Assembly: GCA_964057225.1 (NCBI GenBank)
Contig: OZ059898.1
Span: 19,902,001 to 19,966,000, forward strand
Direction of reading: 5' to 3'
Source of the DNA: Auanema rhodensis
Taxonomy: Eukaryota > Animalia > Nematoda
DNA: 64,000 nt
In this document: piece after piece, positions 39,340 to 54,900 of the stretch
Layout: every line of letters starts with the position of its first letter
Position numbering within the stretch: the first letter of the stretch is position 1
The notes under the pieces: generated by a model
Seen by the model: only the letters and a program-made list of their open reading frames with translations
Told to the model about the DNA's origin: nothing
Databases searched by the model: none
Translations under genes and position numbers: made by a program

Positions 39340-42300
39340 ATCCGCATCGAATGCACTATACTACATTGAGAAACGCTTGATACAAAAATTAGTTATGATC
39401 GTTTGAAAATGATGCATTAGTGTATTTTGAGTTTCCATGTACACTCAACATTGCTTCCAAAACATTTTGACAAAAATTTTTCCGAAAAATTTCAAAATAA
39501 TTTTGCAAAAAGTAGATGTTTTTAGATTTTTTTTTTCAAGGCAAAGACGATGGACGATGTTATTCAACAAAAAAATTAATTCTTCAGGGTGAAAATCGAG
39601 GATATATGTGTGAACTTATATCAGTTGATATCTCGGTGCATTTTTAAGCTAGCGCAAATCTGATAACACAGATCGACGCAGCTTAAAAATCCGCATCGAA
39701 TGCACTATACTACATTGAGAAACGCTTGATACAAAAATTAGTTACGATCGTTTGAAAATGATGCATTAGTGTATTTTGAGTTTCCATGTACACTCAACAT
39801 TGCTTCCAAAACATTTTGACAAAAATTTTTCCGAAAAATTTCAAAATAATTTTGCAAAAAGTAGATGTTTTTAGATTTTTTTTTTCAAGGCAAAGACGAT
39901 GGACAAGGTTATTCAACGAAAAAATTAATTCTTCAGGGTGAAAATCGAGGATATAAGTGTGAACTTATATCAGTTGATATCTCGGTGCATTTTTAAGCTA
40001 GCGCAAATCTGATAACACAGATCGACGCAGCTTAAAAATCCGCATCGAAAGCACTATACTACATTGAGAAACGCTTGATACAAAAATTAGTTATGATCGT
40101 TTGAAAAATGATGCATTAGTGTATTTTGAGTTTCCATGTACACTCAACATTGCTTCCAAAAACATTTTGACAAAATTTTTTTCGAAAAATTTCAAAATAA
40201 TTTCGCAAACAGTAGATGTTTTTAGATTTTTTTTTTCAAGGCAAAGACGATGGACGATGTTATTCAACAAAAAAATTAATTCTTCAGGGTGAAAATCGAG
40301 GATATATGTGTGAACTTATATCAGTTGATATCTCGGTGCATTTTTAAGCTAGCGCAAATCTGATAACACAGATCGACGCAGCTTAAAAATCCGCATCGAA
40401 TGCACTATACTACATTGAGAAACGCTTGATACAAAAATTAGTTACGATCGTTTGAAAATGATGCATTAGTGTATTTTGAGTTTCCATGTACACTCAACAT
40501 TGCTTCCAAAACATTTTGACAAAAATTTTTCCGAAAAATTTCAAAATAATTTTGCAAAAAGTAGATGTTTTTAGATTTTTTTTTTCAAGGCAAAGACGAT
40601 GGACAAGGTTATTCAACGAAAAAATTAATTCTTCAGGGTGAAAATCGAGGATATAAGTGTGAACTTATATCAGTTGATATCTCGGTGCATTTTTAAGCTA
40701 GCGCAAATCTGATAACACAGATCGACGCAGCTTAAAAATCCGCATCGAAAGCACTATACTACATTGAGAAACGCTTGATACAAAAATTAGTTATGATCGT
40801 TTGAAAAATGATGCATTAGTGTATTTTGAGTTTCCATGTACACTCAACATTGCTTCCAAAAACATTTTGACAAAAATTTTTCCGAAAAATTTCAAAATAA
40901 TTTCGCAAAAAGTAGATGTTTTTAGATTTTTTTTTTCAAGGCAAAGACGATGGACAAGGTTATTCAACGAAAAAATTAATTCTTCAGGGTGAAAATCGAG
41001 GATATAAGTGTGAACATATATCAGTTGATATCTCGGTGCATTTTTAAGCTAGCGCAAATCTGATAACACAGATCGATGCAGCTTAAAAATCCGCATCGAA
41101 TGCACTATACTACATTGAGAAACGCTTGATACAAAAATTAGTTATGATCGTTTGAAAAATGATGCATTAGTGTATTTTGAGTTTCCATGTACACTCAACA
41201 TTGCTTCCAAAAACATTTTGACAAAAATTTTTCCGAAAAATTTCAAAATAATTTCGCAAAAAGTAGATGTTTTTAGATTTTTTTTTTCAAGGCAAAGACG
41301 ATGGACAAGGTTATTCAACGAAAAAATTGATTCTTCCGGGTGAAAATCGAGGATATAAGTGTGAACTTATATCAGTTGATATCTCAGTGCATTTTTCAGC
41401 TAGCGCAAATCTGATAACACAGATCGAAGCAGCTTAAAAATCCGCATCGAATGCACTATACTACATTGAGAAACGCTTGATACAAAAATTAGTTACGATC
41501 GTTTGAAAATGATGCATTAGTGTATTTTGAGTTTCCATGTACACTCAACATTGCTTCCAAAACATTTTGACAAAAATTTTTCCGAAAAATTTCAAAATAA
41601 TTTTGCAAAAAGTAGATGTTTTTAGATTTTTTTTTTCAAGGCAAAGACGATGGACAAGGTTATTCAACGAAAAAATTAATTCTTCAGGGTGAAAATCGAG
41701 GATATAAGTGTGAACTTATATCAGTTGATATCTCGGTGCATTTTTAAGCTAGCGCAAATCTGATAACACAGATCGACGCAGCTTAAAAATCCGCATCGAA
41801 AGCACTATACTACATTGAGAAACGCTTGATACAAAAATTAGTTATGATCGTTTGAAAAATGATGCATTAGTGTATTTTGAGTTTCCATGTACACTCAACA
41901 TTGCTTCCAAAAACATTTTGACAAAAATTTTTCCGAAAAATTTCAAAATAATTTCGCAAAAAGTAGATGTTTTTAGATTTTTTTTTCAAGGCAAAGACGA
42001 TGGACAAGGTTATTCAACGAAAAAATTGATTCTTCCGGGTGAAAATCGAGGATATAAGTGTGAACTTATATCAGTTGATATCTCAGTGCATTTTTCAGCT
42101 AGCGCAAATCTGATAACACAGATCGACGCAGCTTAAAAATCCGCATCGAATGCACTATACTACATTGAGAAACGCTTGATACAAAAATTAGTTATGATCG
42201 TTTGAAAAATGATGCATTAGTGTATTTTGAGTTTCCATGTACACTCAACATTGCTTCCAAAAACATTTTGACAAAAATTTTTCCGAAAAATTTCAAAATA

Positions 42301-45300
42301 ATTTCGCAAAAAGTAGATGTTTTTAGATTTTTTTTTTCAAGGCAAAGACGATGGACAAGGTTATTCAACGAAAAAATTAATTCTTCAGGGTGAAAATCGA
42401 GGATATAAGTGTGAACATATATCAGTTGATATCTCGGTGCATTTTTAAGCTAGCGCAAATCTGATAACACAGATCGATGCAGCTTAAAAATCCGCATCGA
42501 ATGCACTATACTACATTGAGAAACGCTTGATACAAAAATTAGTTATGATCGTTTGAAAAATGATGCATTAGTGTATTTTGAGTTTCCATGTACACTCAAC
42601 ATTGCTTCCAAAAACATTTTGACAAAAATTTTTCCGAAAAATTTCAAAATAATTTCGCAAAAAGTAGATGTTTTTAGATTTTTTTTTTCAAGGCAAAGAC
42701 GATGGACAAGGTTATTCAACGAAAAAATTGATTCTTCCGGGTGAAAATCGAGGATATAAGTGTGAACTTATATCAGTTGATATCTCAGTGCATTTTTCAG
42801 CTAGCGCAAATCTGATAACACAGATCGACGCAGCTTAAAAATCCGCATCGAATGCACTATACTACATTGAGAAACGCTTGATACAAAAATTAGTTATGAT
42901 CGTTTGAAAAATGATGCATTAGTGTATTTTGAGTTTCCATGTACACTCAACATTGCTTCCAAAAACATTTTGACAAAAATTTTTCCGAAAAATTTCAAAA
43001 TAATTTCGCAAAAAGTAGATGTTTTTAGATTTTTTTTTTCAAGGCAAAGACGATGGACAAGGTTATTCAACGAAAAAATTAATTCTTCAGGGTGAAAATC
43101 GAGGATATAAGTGTGAACATATATCAGTTGATATCTCGGTGCATTTTTAAGCTAGCGCAAATCTGATAACACAGATCGACGCAGCTTAAAAATCCGCATC
43201 GAATGCACTATACTACATTGAGAAACGCTTAATACAAAAATTAGTTATGATCGTTTGAAAAATGATGCATTAGTGTATTTTGAGTTTCCATGTACACTCA
43301 ACATTGCTTCCAAAAACATTTTGACAAAAATTTTTCCGAAAAATTTCAAAATAATTTCGCAAAAAGTAGATGTTTTTAGATTTTTTTTTATCAAGGCAAA
43401 GACGATGGACAATGTTATTCAACGAAAAAATTAATTCTTCAGGGTGAAAATCGAGGATATAAGTGTGAACATATATCAGTTGATATCTCGGTGCATTTTT
43501 AAGCTAGCGCAAATCTGATAACACAGATCGACGCAGCTTAAAAATCCGCATCGAATGCACTATACTACATTGAGAAACGCTTAATACAAAAATTAGTTAT
43601 GATCGTTTGAAAAATGATGCATTAGTGTATTTTGAGTTTCCATGTACACTCAACATTGCTTCCAAAAACATTTTGACAAAAATTTTTCCGAAAAATTTCA
43701 AAATAATTTCGCAAAAAGTAGATGTTTTTAGATTTTTTTTTATCAAGGCAAAGACGATGGACAATGTTATTCAACGAAAAAATTAATTCTTCAGGGTGAA
43801 AATCGAGGATATAAGTGTGAACATATATCAGTTGATATCTCGGTGCATTTTTAAGCTAGCGCACATTTGATAACACAGATCGATGCAGCTTAAAAATCCG
43901 CATCGAATGCACTATACTACATTGAGAAACGCTTGATACAAAAATTAGTTATGATCGTTTGAAAAATGATGCATTAGTGTATTTTGAGTTTCCATGTACA
44001 CTCAACATTGCTTCCAAAAACATTTTGACAAAAATTTTTCCGAAAAATTTCAAAATAATTTCGCAAAAAGTAGATGTTTTTAGATTTTTTTTTTCAAGGC
44101 AAAGACGATGGACAAGGTTATTCAACGAAAAAATTAATTCTTCAGGGTGAAAATCGAGGATATAAGTGTGAACATATATCAGTTGATATCTCGGTGCATT
44201 TTTAAGCTAGCGCAAATCTGATAACACAGATCGATGCAGCTTAAAAATCCGCATCGAATGCACTATACTACATTGAGAAACGCTTAATACAAAAATTAGT
44301 TATGATCGTTTGGAAAATGATGCATTAGTGTATGTTGAGTTTCCATGTACACTCAACATTGCTTCCAAAACCATTTTGACAAAAATTTTTCCGAAAAATT
44401 TCAAAATAATTTTGCAAAAAGTAGATGTTTTTAGATTTTTTTTTTCAAGGCAAAGACGATGGACAAGGTTATTCAACGAAAAAATTAATTCTTCAGGGTG
44501 AAAATCGAGGATATAAGTGTGAACTTATATCAGTTGATATCTCGGTGCATTTTTAAGCTAGCGCAAATCTGATAACTCAGATCGATGCAGCTTGAAAATC
44601 CGCATCGAATGCACTATACTACATTGAGAAACGCTTAATACAAAAATTAGTTATGATCGTTTGAAAAATGATGCATTAGTGTATTTTGAGTTTCCATGTA
44701 CACTCAACATTGCTTCCAAAAACATTTTGACAAAAATTTTTCCGAAAAATTTCAAAATAATTTCGCAAAAAGTAGATGTTTTTAGATTTTTTTTTATCAA
44801 GGCAAAGACGATGGACAATGTTATTCAACGAAAAAATTAATTCTTCAGGGTGAAAATCGAGGATATAAGTGTGAACATATATCAGTTGATATCTCGGTGC
44901 ATTTTTAAGCTAGCGCACATTTGATAACACAGATCGATGCAGCTTAAAAATCCGCATCGAATGCACTATACTACATTGAGAAACGCTTGATACAAAAATT
45001 AGTTATGATCGTTTGAAAAATGATGCATTAGTGTATTTTGAGTTTCCATGTACACTCAACATTGCTTCCAAAAACATTTTGACAAAAATTTTTCCGAAAA
45101 ATTTCAAAATAATTTCGCAAAAAGTAGATGTTTTTAGATTTTTTTTTTCAAGGCAAAGACGATGGACAAGGTTATTCAACGAAAAAATTAATTCTTCAGG
45201 GTGAAAATCGAGGATATAAGTGTGAACATATATCAGTTGATATCTCGGTGCATTTTTAAGCTAGCGCAAATCTGATAACACAGATCGATGCAGCTTAAAA

Positions 45301-48300
45301 ATCCGCATCGAATGCACTATACTACATTGAGAAACGCTTAATACAAAAATTAGTTATGATCGTTTGGAAAATGATGCATTAGTGTATGTTGAGTTTCCAT
45401 GTACACTCAACATTGCTTCCAAAAACATTTTGACAAAAATTTTTCCGAAAAATTTCAAAATAATTTTGCAAAAAGTAGATGTTTTTAGATTTTTTTTTTC
45501 AAGGCAAAGACGATGGACAAGGTTATTCAACGAAAAAATTAATTCTTCAGGGTGAAAATCGAGGATATAAGTGTGAACTTATATCAGTTGATATCTCGGT
45601 GCATTTTTAAGCTAGCGCAAATCTGATAACTCAGATCGATGCAGCTTAAAAATCCGCATCGAATGCACTATACTACATTGAGAAACGCTTGATACAAAAA
45701 TTAGTTATGATCGTTTGAAAATGATGCATTAGTGTATTTTGAGTTTCCATGTACACTCAACATTGCTTCCAAAACATTTTGACAAAAATTTTTCCGAAAA
45801 ATTTCAAAATAATTTTGCAAAAAGTAGATGTTTTTAGATTTTTTTTTTCAAGGCAAAGACGATGGACGATGTTATTCAACAAAAAAATTAATTCTTCAGG
45901 GTGAAAATCGAGGATATATGTGTGAACTTATATCAGTTGATATCTCGGTGCATTTTTAAGCTAGCGCAAATCTGATAACACAGATCGACGCAGCTTAAAA
46001 ATCCGCATCGAATGCACTATACTACATTGAGAAACGCTTGATACAAAAATTAGTTACGATCGTTTGAAAATGATGCATTAGTGTATTTTGAGTTTCCATG
46101 TACACTCAACATTGCTTCCAAAACATTTTGACAAAAATTTTTCCGAAAAATTTCAAAATAATTTTGCAAAAAGTAGATGTTTTTAGATTTTTTTTTTCAA
46201 GGCAAAGACGATGGACAAGGTTATTCAACGAAAAAATTAATTCTTCAGGGTGAAAATCGAGGATATAAGTGTGAACTTATATCAGTTGATATCTCGGTGC
46301 ATTTTTAAGCTAGCGCAAATCTGATAACACAGATCGACGCAGCTTAAAAATCCGCATCGAAAGCACTATACTACATTGAGAAACGCTTGATACAAAAATT
46401 AGTTATGATCGTTTGAAAAATGATGCATTAGTGTATTTTGAGTTTCCATGTACACTCAACATTGCTTCCAAAAACATTTTGACAAAATTTTTTTCGAAAA
46501 ATTTCAAAATAATTTCGCAAACAGTAGATGTTTTTAGATTTTTTTTTTCAAGGCAAAGACGATGGACGATGTTATTCAACAAAAAAATTAATTCTTCAGG
46601 GTGAAAATCGAGGATATATGTGTGAACTTATATCAGTTGATATCTCGGTGCATTTTTAAGCTAGCGCAAATCTGATAACACAGATCGACGCAGCTTAAAA
46701 ATCCGCATCGAATGCACTATACTACATTGAGAAACGCTTGATACAAAAATTAGTTACGATCGTTTGAAAATGATGCATTAGTGTATTTTGAGTTTCCATG
46801 TACACTCAACATTGCTTCCAAAACATTTTGACAAAAATTTTTCCGAAAAATTTCAAAATAATTTTGCAAAAAGTAGATGTTTTTAGATTTTTTTTTTCAA
46901 GGCAAAGACGATGGACAAGGTTATTCAACGAAAAAATTAATTCTTCAGGGTGAAAATCGAGGATATAAGTGTGAACTTATATCAGTTGATATCTCGGTGC
47001 ATTTTTAAGCTAGCGCAAATCTGATAACACAGATCGACGCAGCTTAAAAATCCGCATCGAAAGCACTATACTACATTGAGAAACGCTTGATACAAAAATT
47101 AGTTATGATCGTTTGAAAAATGATGCATTAGTGTATTTTGAGTTTCCATGTACACTCAACATTGCTTCCAAAAACATTTTGACAAAAATTTTTCCGAAAA
47201 ATTTCAAAATAATTTCGCAAAAAGTAGATGTTTTTAGATTTTTTTTTTCAAGGCAAAGACGATGGACAAGGTTATTCAACGAAAAAATTAATTCTTCAGG
47301 GTGAAAATCGAGGATATAAGTGTGAACATATATCAGTTGATATCTCGGTGCATTTTTAAGCTAGCGCAAATCTGATAACACAGATCGATGCAGCTTAAAA
47401 ATCCGCATCGAATGCACTATACTACATTGAGAAACGCTTGATACAAAAATTAGTTATGATCGTTTGAAAAATGATGCATTAGTGTATTTTGAGTTTCCAT
47501 GTACACTCAACATTGCTTCCAAAAACATTTTGACAAAAATTTTTCCGAAAAATTTCAAAATAATTTCGCAAAAAGTAGATGTTTTTAGATTTTTTTTTTC
47601 AAGGCAAAGACGATGGACAAGGTTATTCAACGAAAAAATTGATTCTTCCGGGTGAAAATCGAGGATATAAGTGTGAACTTATATCAGTTGATATCTCAGT
47701 GCATTTTTCAGCTAGCGCAAATCTGATAACACAGATCGAAGCAGCTTAAAAATCCGCATCGAATGCACTATACTACATTGAGAAACGCTTGATACAAAAA
47801 TTAGTTACGATCGTTTGAAAATGATGCATTAGTGTATTTTGAGTTTCCATGTACACTCAACATTGCTTCCAAAACATTTTGACAAAAATTTTTCCGAAAA
47901 ATTTCAAAATAATTTTGCAAAAAGTAGATGTTTTTAGATTTTTTTTTTCAAGGCAAAGACGATGGACAAGGTTATTCAACGAAAAAATTAATTCTTCAGG
48001 GTGAAAATCGAGGATATAAGTGTGAACTTATATCAGTTGATATCTCGGTGCATTTTTAAGCTAGCGCAAATCTGATAACACAGATCGACGCAGCTTAAAA
48101 ATCCGCATCGAAAGCACTATACTACATTGAGAAACGCTTGATACAAAAATTAGTTATGATCGTTTGAAAAATGATGCATTAGTGTATTTTGAGTTTCCAT
48201 GTACACTCAACATTGCTTCCAAAAACATTTTGACAAAAATTTTTCCGAAAAATTTCAAAATAATTTCGCAAAAAGTAGATGTTTTTAGATTTTTTTTTCA

Positions 48301-51300
48301 AGGCAAAGACGATGGACAAGGTTATTCAACGAAAAAATTGATTCTTCCGGGTGAAAATCGAGGATATAAGTGTGAACTTATATCAGTTGATATCTCAGTG
48401 CATTTTTCAGCTAGCGCAAATCTGATAACACAGATCGACGCAGCTTAAAAATCCGCATCGAATGCACTATACTACATTGAGAAACGCTTGATACAAAAAT
48501 TAGTTATGATCGTTTGAAAAATGATGCATTAGTGTATTTTGAGTTTCCATGTACACTCAACATTGCTTCCAAAAACATTTTGACAAAAATTTTTCCGAAA
48601 AATTTCAAAATAATTTCGCAAAAAGTAGATGTTTTTAGATTTTTTTTTTCAAGGCAAAGACGATGGACAAGGTTATTCAACGAAAAAATTAATTCTTCAG
48701 GGTGAAAATCGAGGATATAAGTGTGAACATATATCAGTTGATATCTCGGTGCATTTTTAAGCTAGCGCAAATCTGATAACACAGATCGATGCAGCTTAAA
48801 AATCCGCATCGAATGCACTATACTACATTGAGAAACGCTTGATACAAAAATTAGTTATGATCGTTTGAAAAATGATGCATTAGTGTATTTTGAGTTTCCA
48901 TGTACACTCAACATTGCTTCCAAAAACATTTTGACAAAAATTTTTCCGAAAAATTTCAAAATAATTTCGCAAAAAGTAGATGTTTTTAGATTTTTTTTTT
49001 CAAGGCAAAGACGATGGACAAGGTTATTCAACGAAAAAATTGATTCTTCCGGGTGAAAATCGAGGATATAAGTGTGAACTTATATCAGTTGATATCTCAG
49101 TGCATTTTTCAGCTAGCGCAAATCTGATAACACAGATCGACGCAGCTTAAAAATCCGCATCGAATGCACTATACTACATTGAGAAACGCTTGATACAAAA
49201 ATTAGTTATGATCGTTTGAAAAATGATGCATTAGTGTATTTTGAGTTTCCATGTACACTCAACATTGCTTCCAAAAACATTTTGACAAAAATTTTTCCGA
49301 AAAATTTCAAAATAATTTCGCAAAAAGTAGATGTTTTTAGATTTTTTTTTTCAAGGCAAAGACGATGGACAAGGTTATTCAACGAAAAAATTAATTCTTC
49401 AGGGTGAAAATCGAGGATATAAGTGTGAACATATATCAGTTGATATCTCGGTGCATTTTTAAGCTAGCGCAAATCTGATAACACAGATCGACGCAGCTTA
49501 AAAATCCGCATCGAATGCACTATACTACATTGAGAAACGCTTAATACAAAAATTAGTTATGATCGTTTGAAAAATGATGCATTAGTGTATTTTGAGTTTC
49601 CATGTACACTCAACATTGCTTCCAAAAACATTTTGACAAAAATTTTTCCGAAAAATTTCAAAATAATTTCGCAAAAAGTAGATGTTTTTAGATTTTTTTT
49701 TATCAAGGCAAAGACGATGGACAATGTTATTCAACGAAAAAATTAATTCTTCAGGGTGAAAATCGAGGATATAAGTGTGAACATATATCAGTTGATATCT
49801 CGGTGCATTTTTAAGCTAGCGCAAATCTGATAACACAGATCGACGCAGCTTAAAAATCCGCATCGAATGCACTATACTACATTGAGAAACGCTTAATACA
49901 AAAATTAGTTATGATCGTTTGAAAAATGATGCATTAGTGTATTTTGAGTTTCCATGTACACTCAACATTGCTTCCAAAAACATTTTGACAAAAATTTTTC
50001 CGAAAAATTTCAAAATAATTTCGCAAAAAGTAGATGTTTTTAGATTTTTTTTTATCAAGGCAAAGACGATGGACAATGTTATTCAACGAAAAAATTAATT
50101 CTTCAGGGTGAAAATCGAGGATATAAGTGTGAACATATATCAGTTGATATCTCGGTGCATTTTTAAGCTAGCGCACATTTGATAACACAGATCGATGCAG
50201 CTTAAAAATCCGCATCGAATGCACTATACTACATTGAGAAACGCTTGATACAAAAATTAGTTATGATCGTTTGAAAAATGATGCATTAGTGTATTTTGAG
50301 TTTCCATGTACACTCAACATTGCTTCCAAAAACATTTTGACAAAAATTTTTCCGAAAAATTTCAAAATAATTTCGCAAAAAGTAGATGTTTTTAGATTTT
50401 TTTTTTCAAGGCAAAGACGATGGACAAGGTTATTCAACGAAAAAATTAATTCTTCAGGGTGAAAATCGAGGATATAAGTGTGAACATATATCAGTTGATA
50501 TCTCGGTGCATTTTTAAGCTAGCGCAAATCTGATAACACAGATCGATGCAGCTTAAAAATCCGCATCGAATGCACTATACTACATTGAGAAACGCTTAAT
50601 ACAAAAATTAGTTATGATCGTTTGGAAAATGATGCATTAGTGTATGTTGAGTTTCCATGTACACTCAACATTGCTTCCAAAACCATTTTGACAAAAATTT
50701 TTCCGAAAAATTTCAAAATAATTTTGCAAAAAGTAGATGTTTTTAGATTTTTTTTTTCAAGGCAAAGACGATGGACAAGGTTATTCAACGAAAAAATTAA
50801 TTCTTCAGGGTGAAAATCGAGGATATAAGTGTGAACTTATATCAGTTGATATCTCGGTGCATTTTTAAGCTAGCGCAAATCTGATAACTCAGATCGATGC
50901 AGCTTGAAAATCCGCATCGAATGCACTATACTACATTGAGAAACGCTTAATACAAAAATTAGTTATGATCGTTTGAAAAATGATGCATTAGTGTATTTTG
51001 AGTTTCCATGTACACTCAACATTGCTTCCAAAAACATTTTGACAAAAATTTTTCCGAAAAATTTCAAAATAATTTCGCAAAAAGTAGATGTTTTTAGATT
51101 TTTTTTTATCAAGGCAAAGACGATGGACAATGTTATTCAACGAAAAAATTAATTCTTCAGGGTGAAAATCGAGGATATAAGTGTGAACATATATCAGTTG
51201 ATATCTCGGTGCATTTTTAAGCTAGCGCACATTTGATAACACAGATCGATGCAGCTTAAAAATCCGCATCGAATGCACTATACTACATTGAGAAACGCTT

Positions 51301-51963
51301 GATACAAAAATTAGTTATGATCGTTTGAAAAATGATGCATTAGTGTATTTTGAGTTTCCATGTACACTCAACATTGCTTCCAAAAACATTTTGACAAAAA
51401 TTTTTCCGAAAAATTTCAAAATAATTTCGCAAAAAGTAGATGTTTTTAGATTTTTTTTTTCAAGGCAAAGACGATGGACAAGGTTATTCAACGAAAAAAT
51501 TAATTCTTCAGGGTGAAAATCGAGGATATAAGTGTGAACATATATCAGTTGATATCTCGGTGCATTTTTAAGCTAGCGCAAATCTGATAACACAGATCGA
51601 TGCAGCTTAAAAATCCGCATCGAATGCACTATACTACATTGAGAAACGCTTAATACAAAAATTAGTTATGATCGTTTGGAAAATGATGCATTAGTGTATG
51701 TTGAGTTTCCATGTACACTCAACATTGCTTCCAAAAACATTTTGACAAAAATTTTTCCGAAAAATTTCAAAATAATTTTGCAAAAAGTAGATGTTTTTAG
51801 ATTTTTTTTTTCAAGGCAAAGACGATGGACAAGGTTATTCAACGAAAAAATTAATTCTTCAGGGTGAAAATCGAGGATATAAGTGTGAACTTATATCAGT
51901 TGATATCTCGGTGCATTTTTAAGCTAGCGCAAATCTGATAACTCAGATCGATGCAGCTTAAAA
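39340..51963. repeat. Tandem duplication of an 18-monomer (6312-bp) block, two copies
   Basis: Private markers recur at exactly +6312: ATCGAAGC 41428/47740, AAAACCATT 44371/50683, CTTGAAAA 44594/50906. ORF-track starts 40101-45364 map onto 46413-51676. Confidence 0.92.
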
Positions 51964-54900
51964 ATCCGCATCGAATGCACTATACTACATTGAGAAACGC
52001 TTGATACAAAAATTAGTTATGATCGTTTGAAAAATGATGCATTAGTGTATTTTGAGTTTCCATGTACACTCAACATTGCTTCCAAAAACATTTTGACAAA
52101 AATTTTTCCGAAAAATTTCAAAATAATTTCGCAAAAAGTAGATGTTTTTAGATTTTTTTTTTCAAGGCAAAGACGATGGACAATGTTATTCAACGAAAAA
52201 ATTAATTCTTCAGGGTGAAAATCGAGGATATAAGTGTGAACTTATATCAGTTGATATCTCGGTGCATTTGTAAGCTACCGCAAATCCGATAACACAGATC
52301 GACGCAGCTTAAAAATCCGCATCGAATGCACTATACTACATTGAGAAACGCTTGATACAAAAATTAGTTATGATCGTTTGAAAAATGATGCATTAGTGTA
52401 TTTTGAGTTTCCATGTACACTCAACATTGCTTCCAAAAACATTTTGACAAAAATTTTTCCGAAAAATTTCAAAATAATTTCGCAAAAAGTAGATGTTTTT
52501 AGATTTTTTTTTTCAAGGCAAAGACGATGGACAAGGTTATTCAACGAAAAAATTAATTCTTCAGGGTGAAAATCGAGGATATAAGTGTGAACATATATCA
52601 GTTGATATCTCGGTGCATTTTTAAGCTAGCGCAAATCTGATAACACAGATCGATGCAGCTTAAAAATCCGCATCGAATGCACTATACTACATTGAGAAAC
52701 GCTTGATACAAAAATTAGTTATGATCGTTTGAAAAATGATGCATTAGTGTATTTTGAGTTTCCATGTACACTCAACATTGCTTCCAAAAACATTTTGACA
52801 AAAATTTTTCCGAAAAATTTCGAAATAATTTCGCAAAAAGTAGATGTTTTTAGATTTTTTTTTTCAAGGCAAAGACGATGGACAAGGTTATTCAACGAAA
52901 AAATTGATTCTTCCGGGTGAAAATCGAGGATATAAGTGTGAACTTATATCAGTTGATATCTCAGTGCATTTTTCAGCTAGCGCAAATCTGATAACACAGA
53001 TCGACGCAGCTTAAAAATCCGCATCGAATGCACTATACTACATTGAGAAACGCTTAATACAAAAATTAGTTATGATCGTTTGAAAAATGATGCATTAGTG
53101 TATTTTGAGTTTCCATGTACACTCAACATTGCTTCCAAAAACATTTTGACAAAAATTTTTCCGAAAAATTTCAAAATAATTTCGCAAAAAGTAGATGTTT
53201 TTAGATTTTTTTTTATCAAGGCAAAGACGATGGACAATGTTATTCAACGAAAAAATTAATTCTTCAGGGTGAAAATCGAGGATATAAGTGTGAACATATA
53301 TCAGTTGATATCTCGGTGCATTTTTAAGCTAGCGCAAATCTGATAACACAGATCGACGCAGCTTAAAAATCCGCATCGAATGCACTATACTACATTGAGA
53401 AACGCTTAATACAAAAATTAGTTATGATCGTTTGAAAAATGATGCATTAGTGTATTTTGAGTTTCCATGTACACTCAACATTGCTTCCAAAAACATTTTG
53501 ACAAAAATTTTTCCGAAAAATTTCAAAATAATTTCGCAAAAAGTAGATGTTTTTAGATTTTTTTTTATCAAGGCAAAGACGATGGACAATGTTATTCAAC
53601 GAAAAAATTAATTCTTCAGGGTGAAAATCGAGGATATAAGTGTGAACATATATCAGTTGATATCTCGGTGCATTTTTAAGCTAGCGCACATTTGATAACA
53701 CAGATCGATGCAGCTTAAAAATCCGCATCGAATGCACTATACTACATTGAGAAACGCTTGATACAAAAATTAGTTATGATCGTTTGAAAAATGATGCATT
53801 AGTGTATTTTGAGTTTCCATGTACACTCAACATTGCTTCCAAAAACATTTTGACAAAAATTTTTCCGAAAAATTTCAAAATAATTTCGCAAAAAGTAGAT
53901 GTTTTTAGATTTTTTTTTTCAAGGCAAAGACGATGGACAAGGTTATTCAACGAAAAAATTAATTCTTCAGGGTGAAAATCGAGGATATAAGTGTGAACAT
54001 ATATCAGTTGATATCTCGGTGCATTTTTAAGCTAGCGCAAATCTGATAACACAGATCGATGCAGCTTAAAAATCCGCATCGAATGCACTATACTACATTG
54101 AGAAACGCTTAATACAAAAATTAGTTATGATCGTTTGGAAAATGATGCATTAGTGTATGTTGAGTTTCCATGTACACTCAACATTGCTTCCAAAAACATT
54201 TTGACAAAAATTTTTCCGAAAAATTTCAAAATAATTTTGCAAAAAGTAGATGTTTTTAGATTTTTTTTTTCAAGGCAAAGACGATGGACAAGGTTATTCA
54301 ACGAAAAAATTAATTCTCCAGGGTGAAAATCGAGGATATAAGTGTGAACTTATATCAGTTGATATCTCGGTGCATTTTTAAGCTAGCGCAAATCTGATAA
54401 CTCAGATCGATGCAGCTTGAAAATCCGCATCGAATGCACTATACTACATTGAGAAACGCTTAATACAAAAATTAGTTATGATCGTTTGAAAAATGATGCA
54501 TTAGTGTATTTTGAGTTTCCATGTACACTCAACATTGCTTCCAAAAACATTTTGACAAAAATTTTTCCGAAAAATTTCAAAATAATTTCGCAAAAAGTAG
54601 ATGTTTTTAGATTTTTTTTTATCAAGGCAAAGACGATGGACAATGTTATTCAACGAAAAAATTAATTCTTCAGGGTGAAAATCGAGGATATAAGTGTGAA
54701 CATATATCAGTTGATATCTCGGTGCATTTTTAAGCTAGCGCACATTTGATAACACAGATCGATGCAGCTTAAAAATCCGCATCGAATGCACTATACTACA
54801 TTGAGAAACGCTTGATACAAAAATTAGTTATGATCGTTTGAAAAATGATGCATTAGTGTATTTTGAGTTTCCATGTACACTCAACATTGCTTCCAAAAAC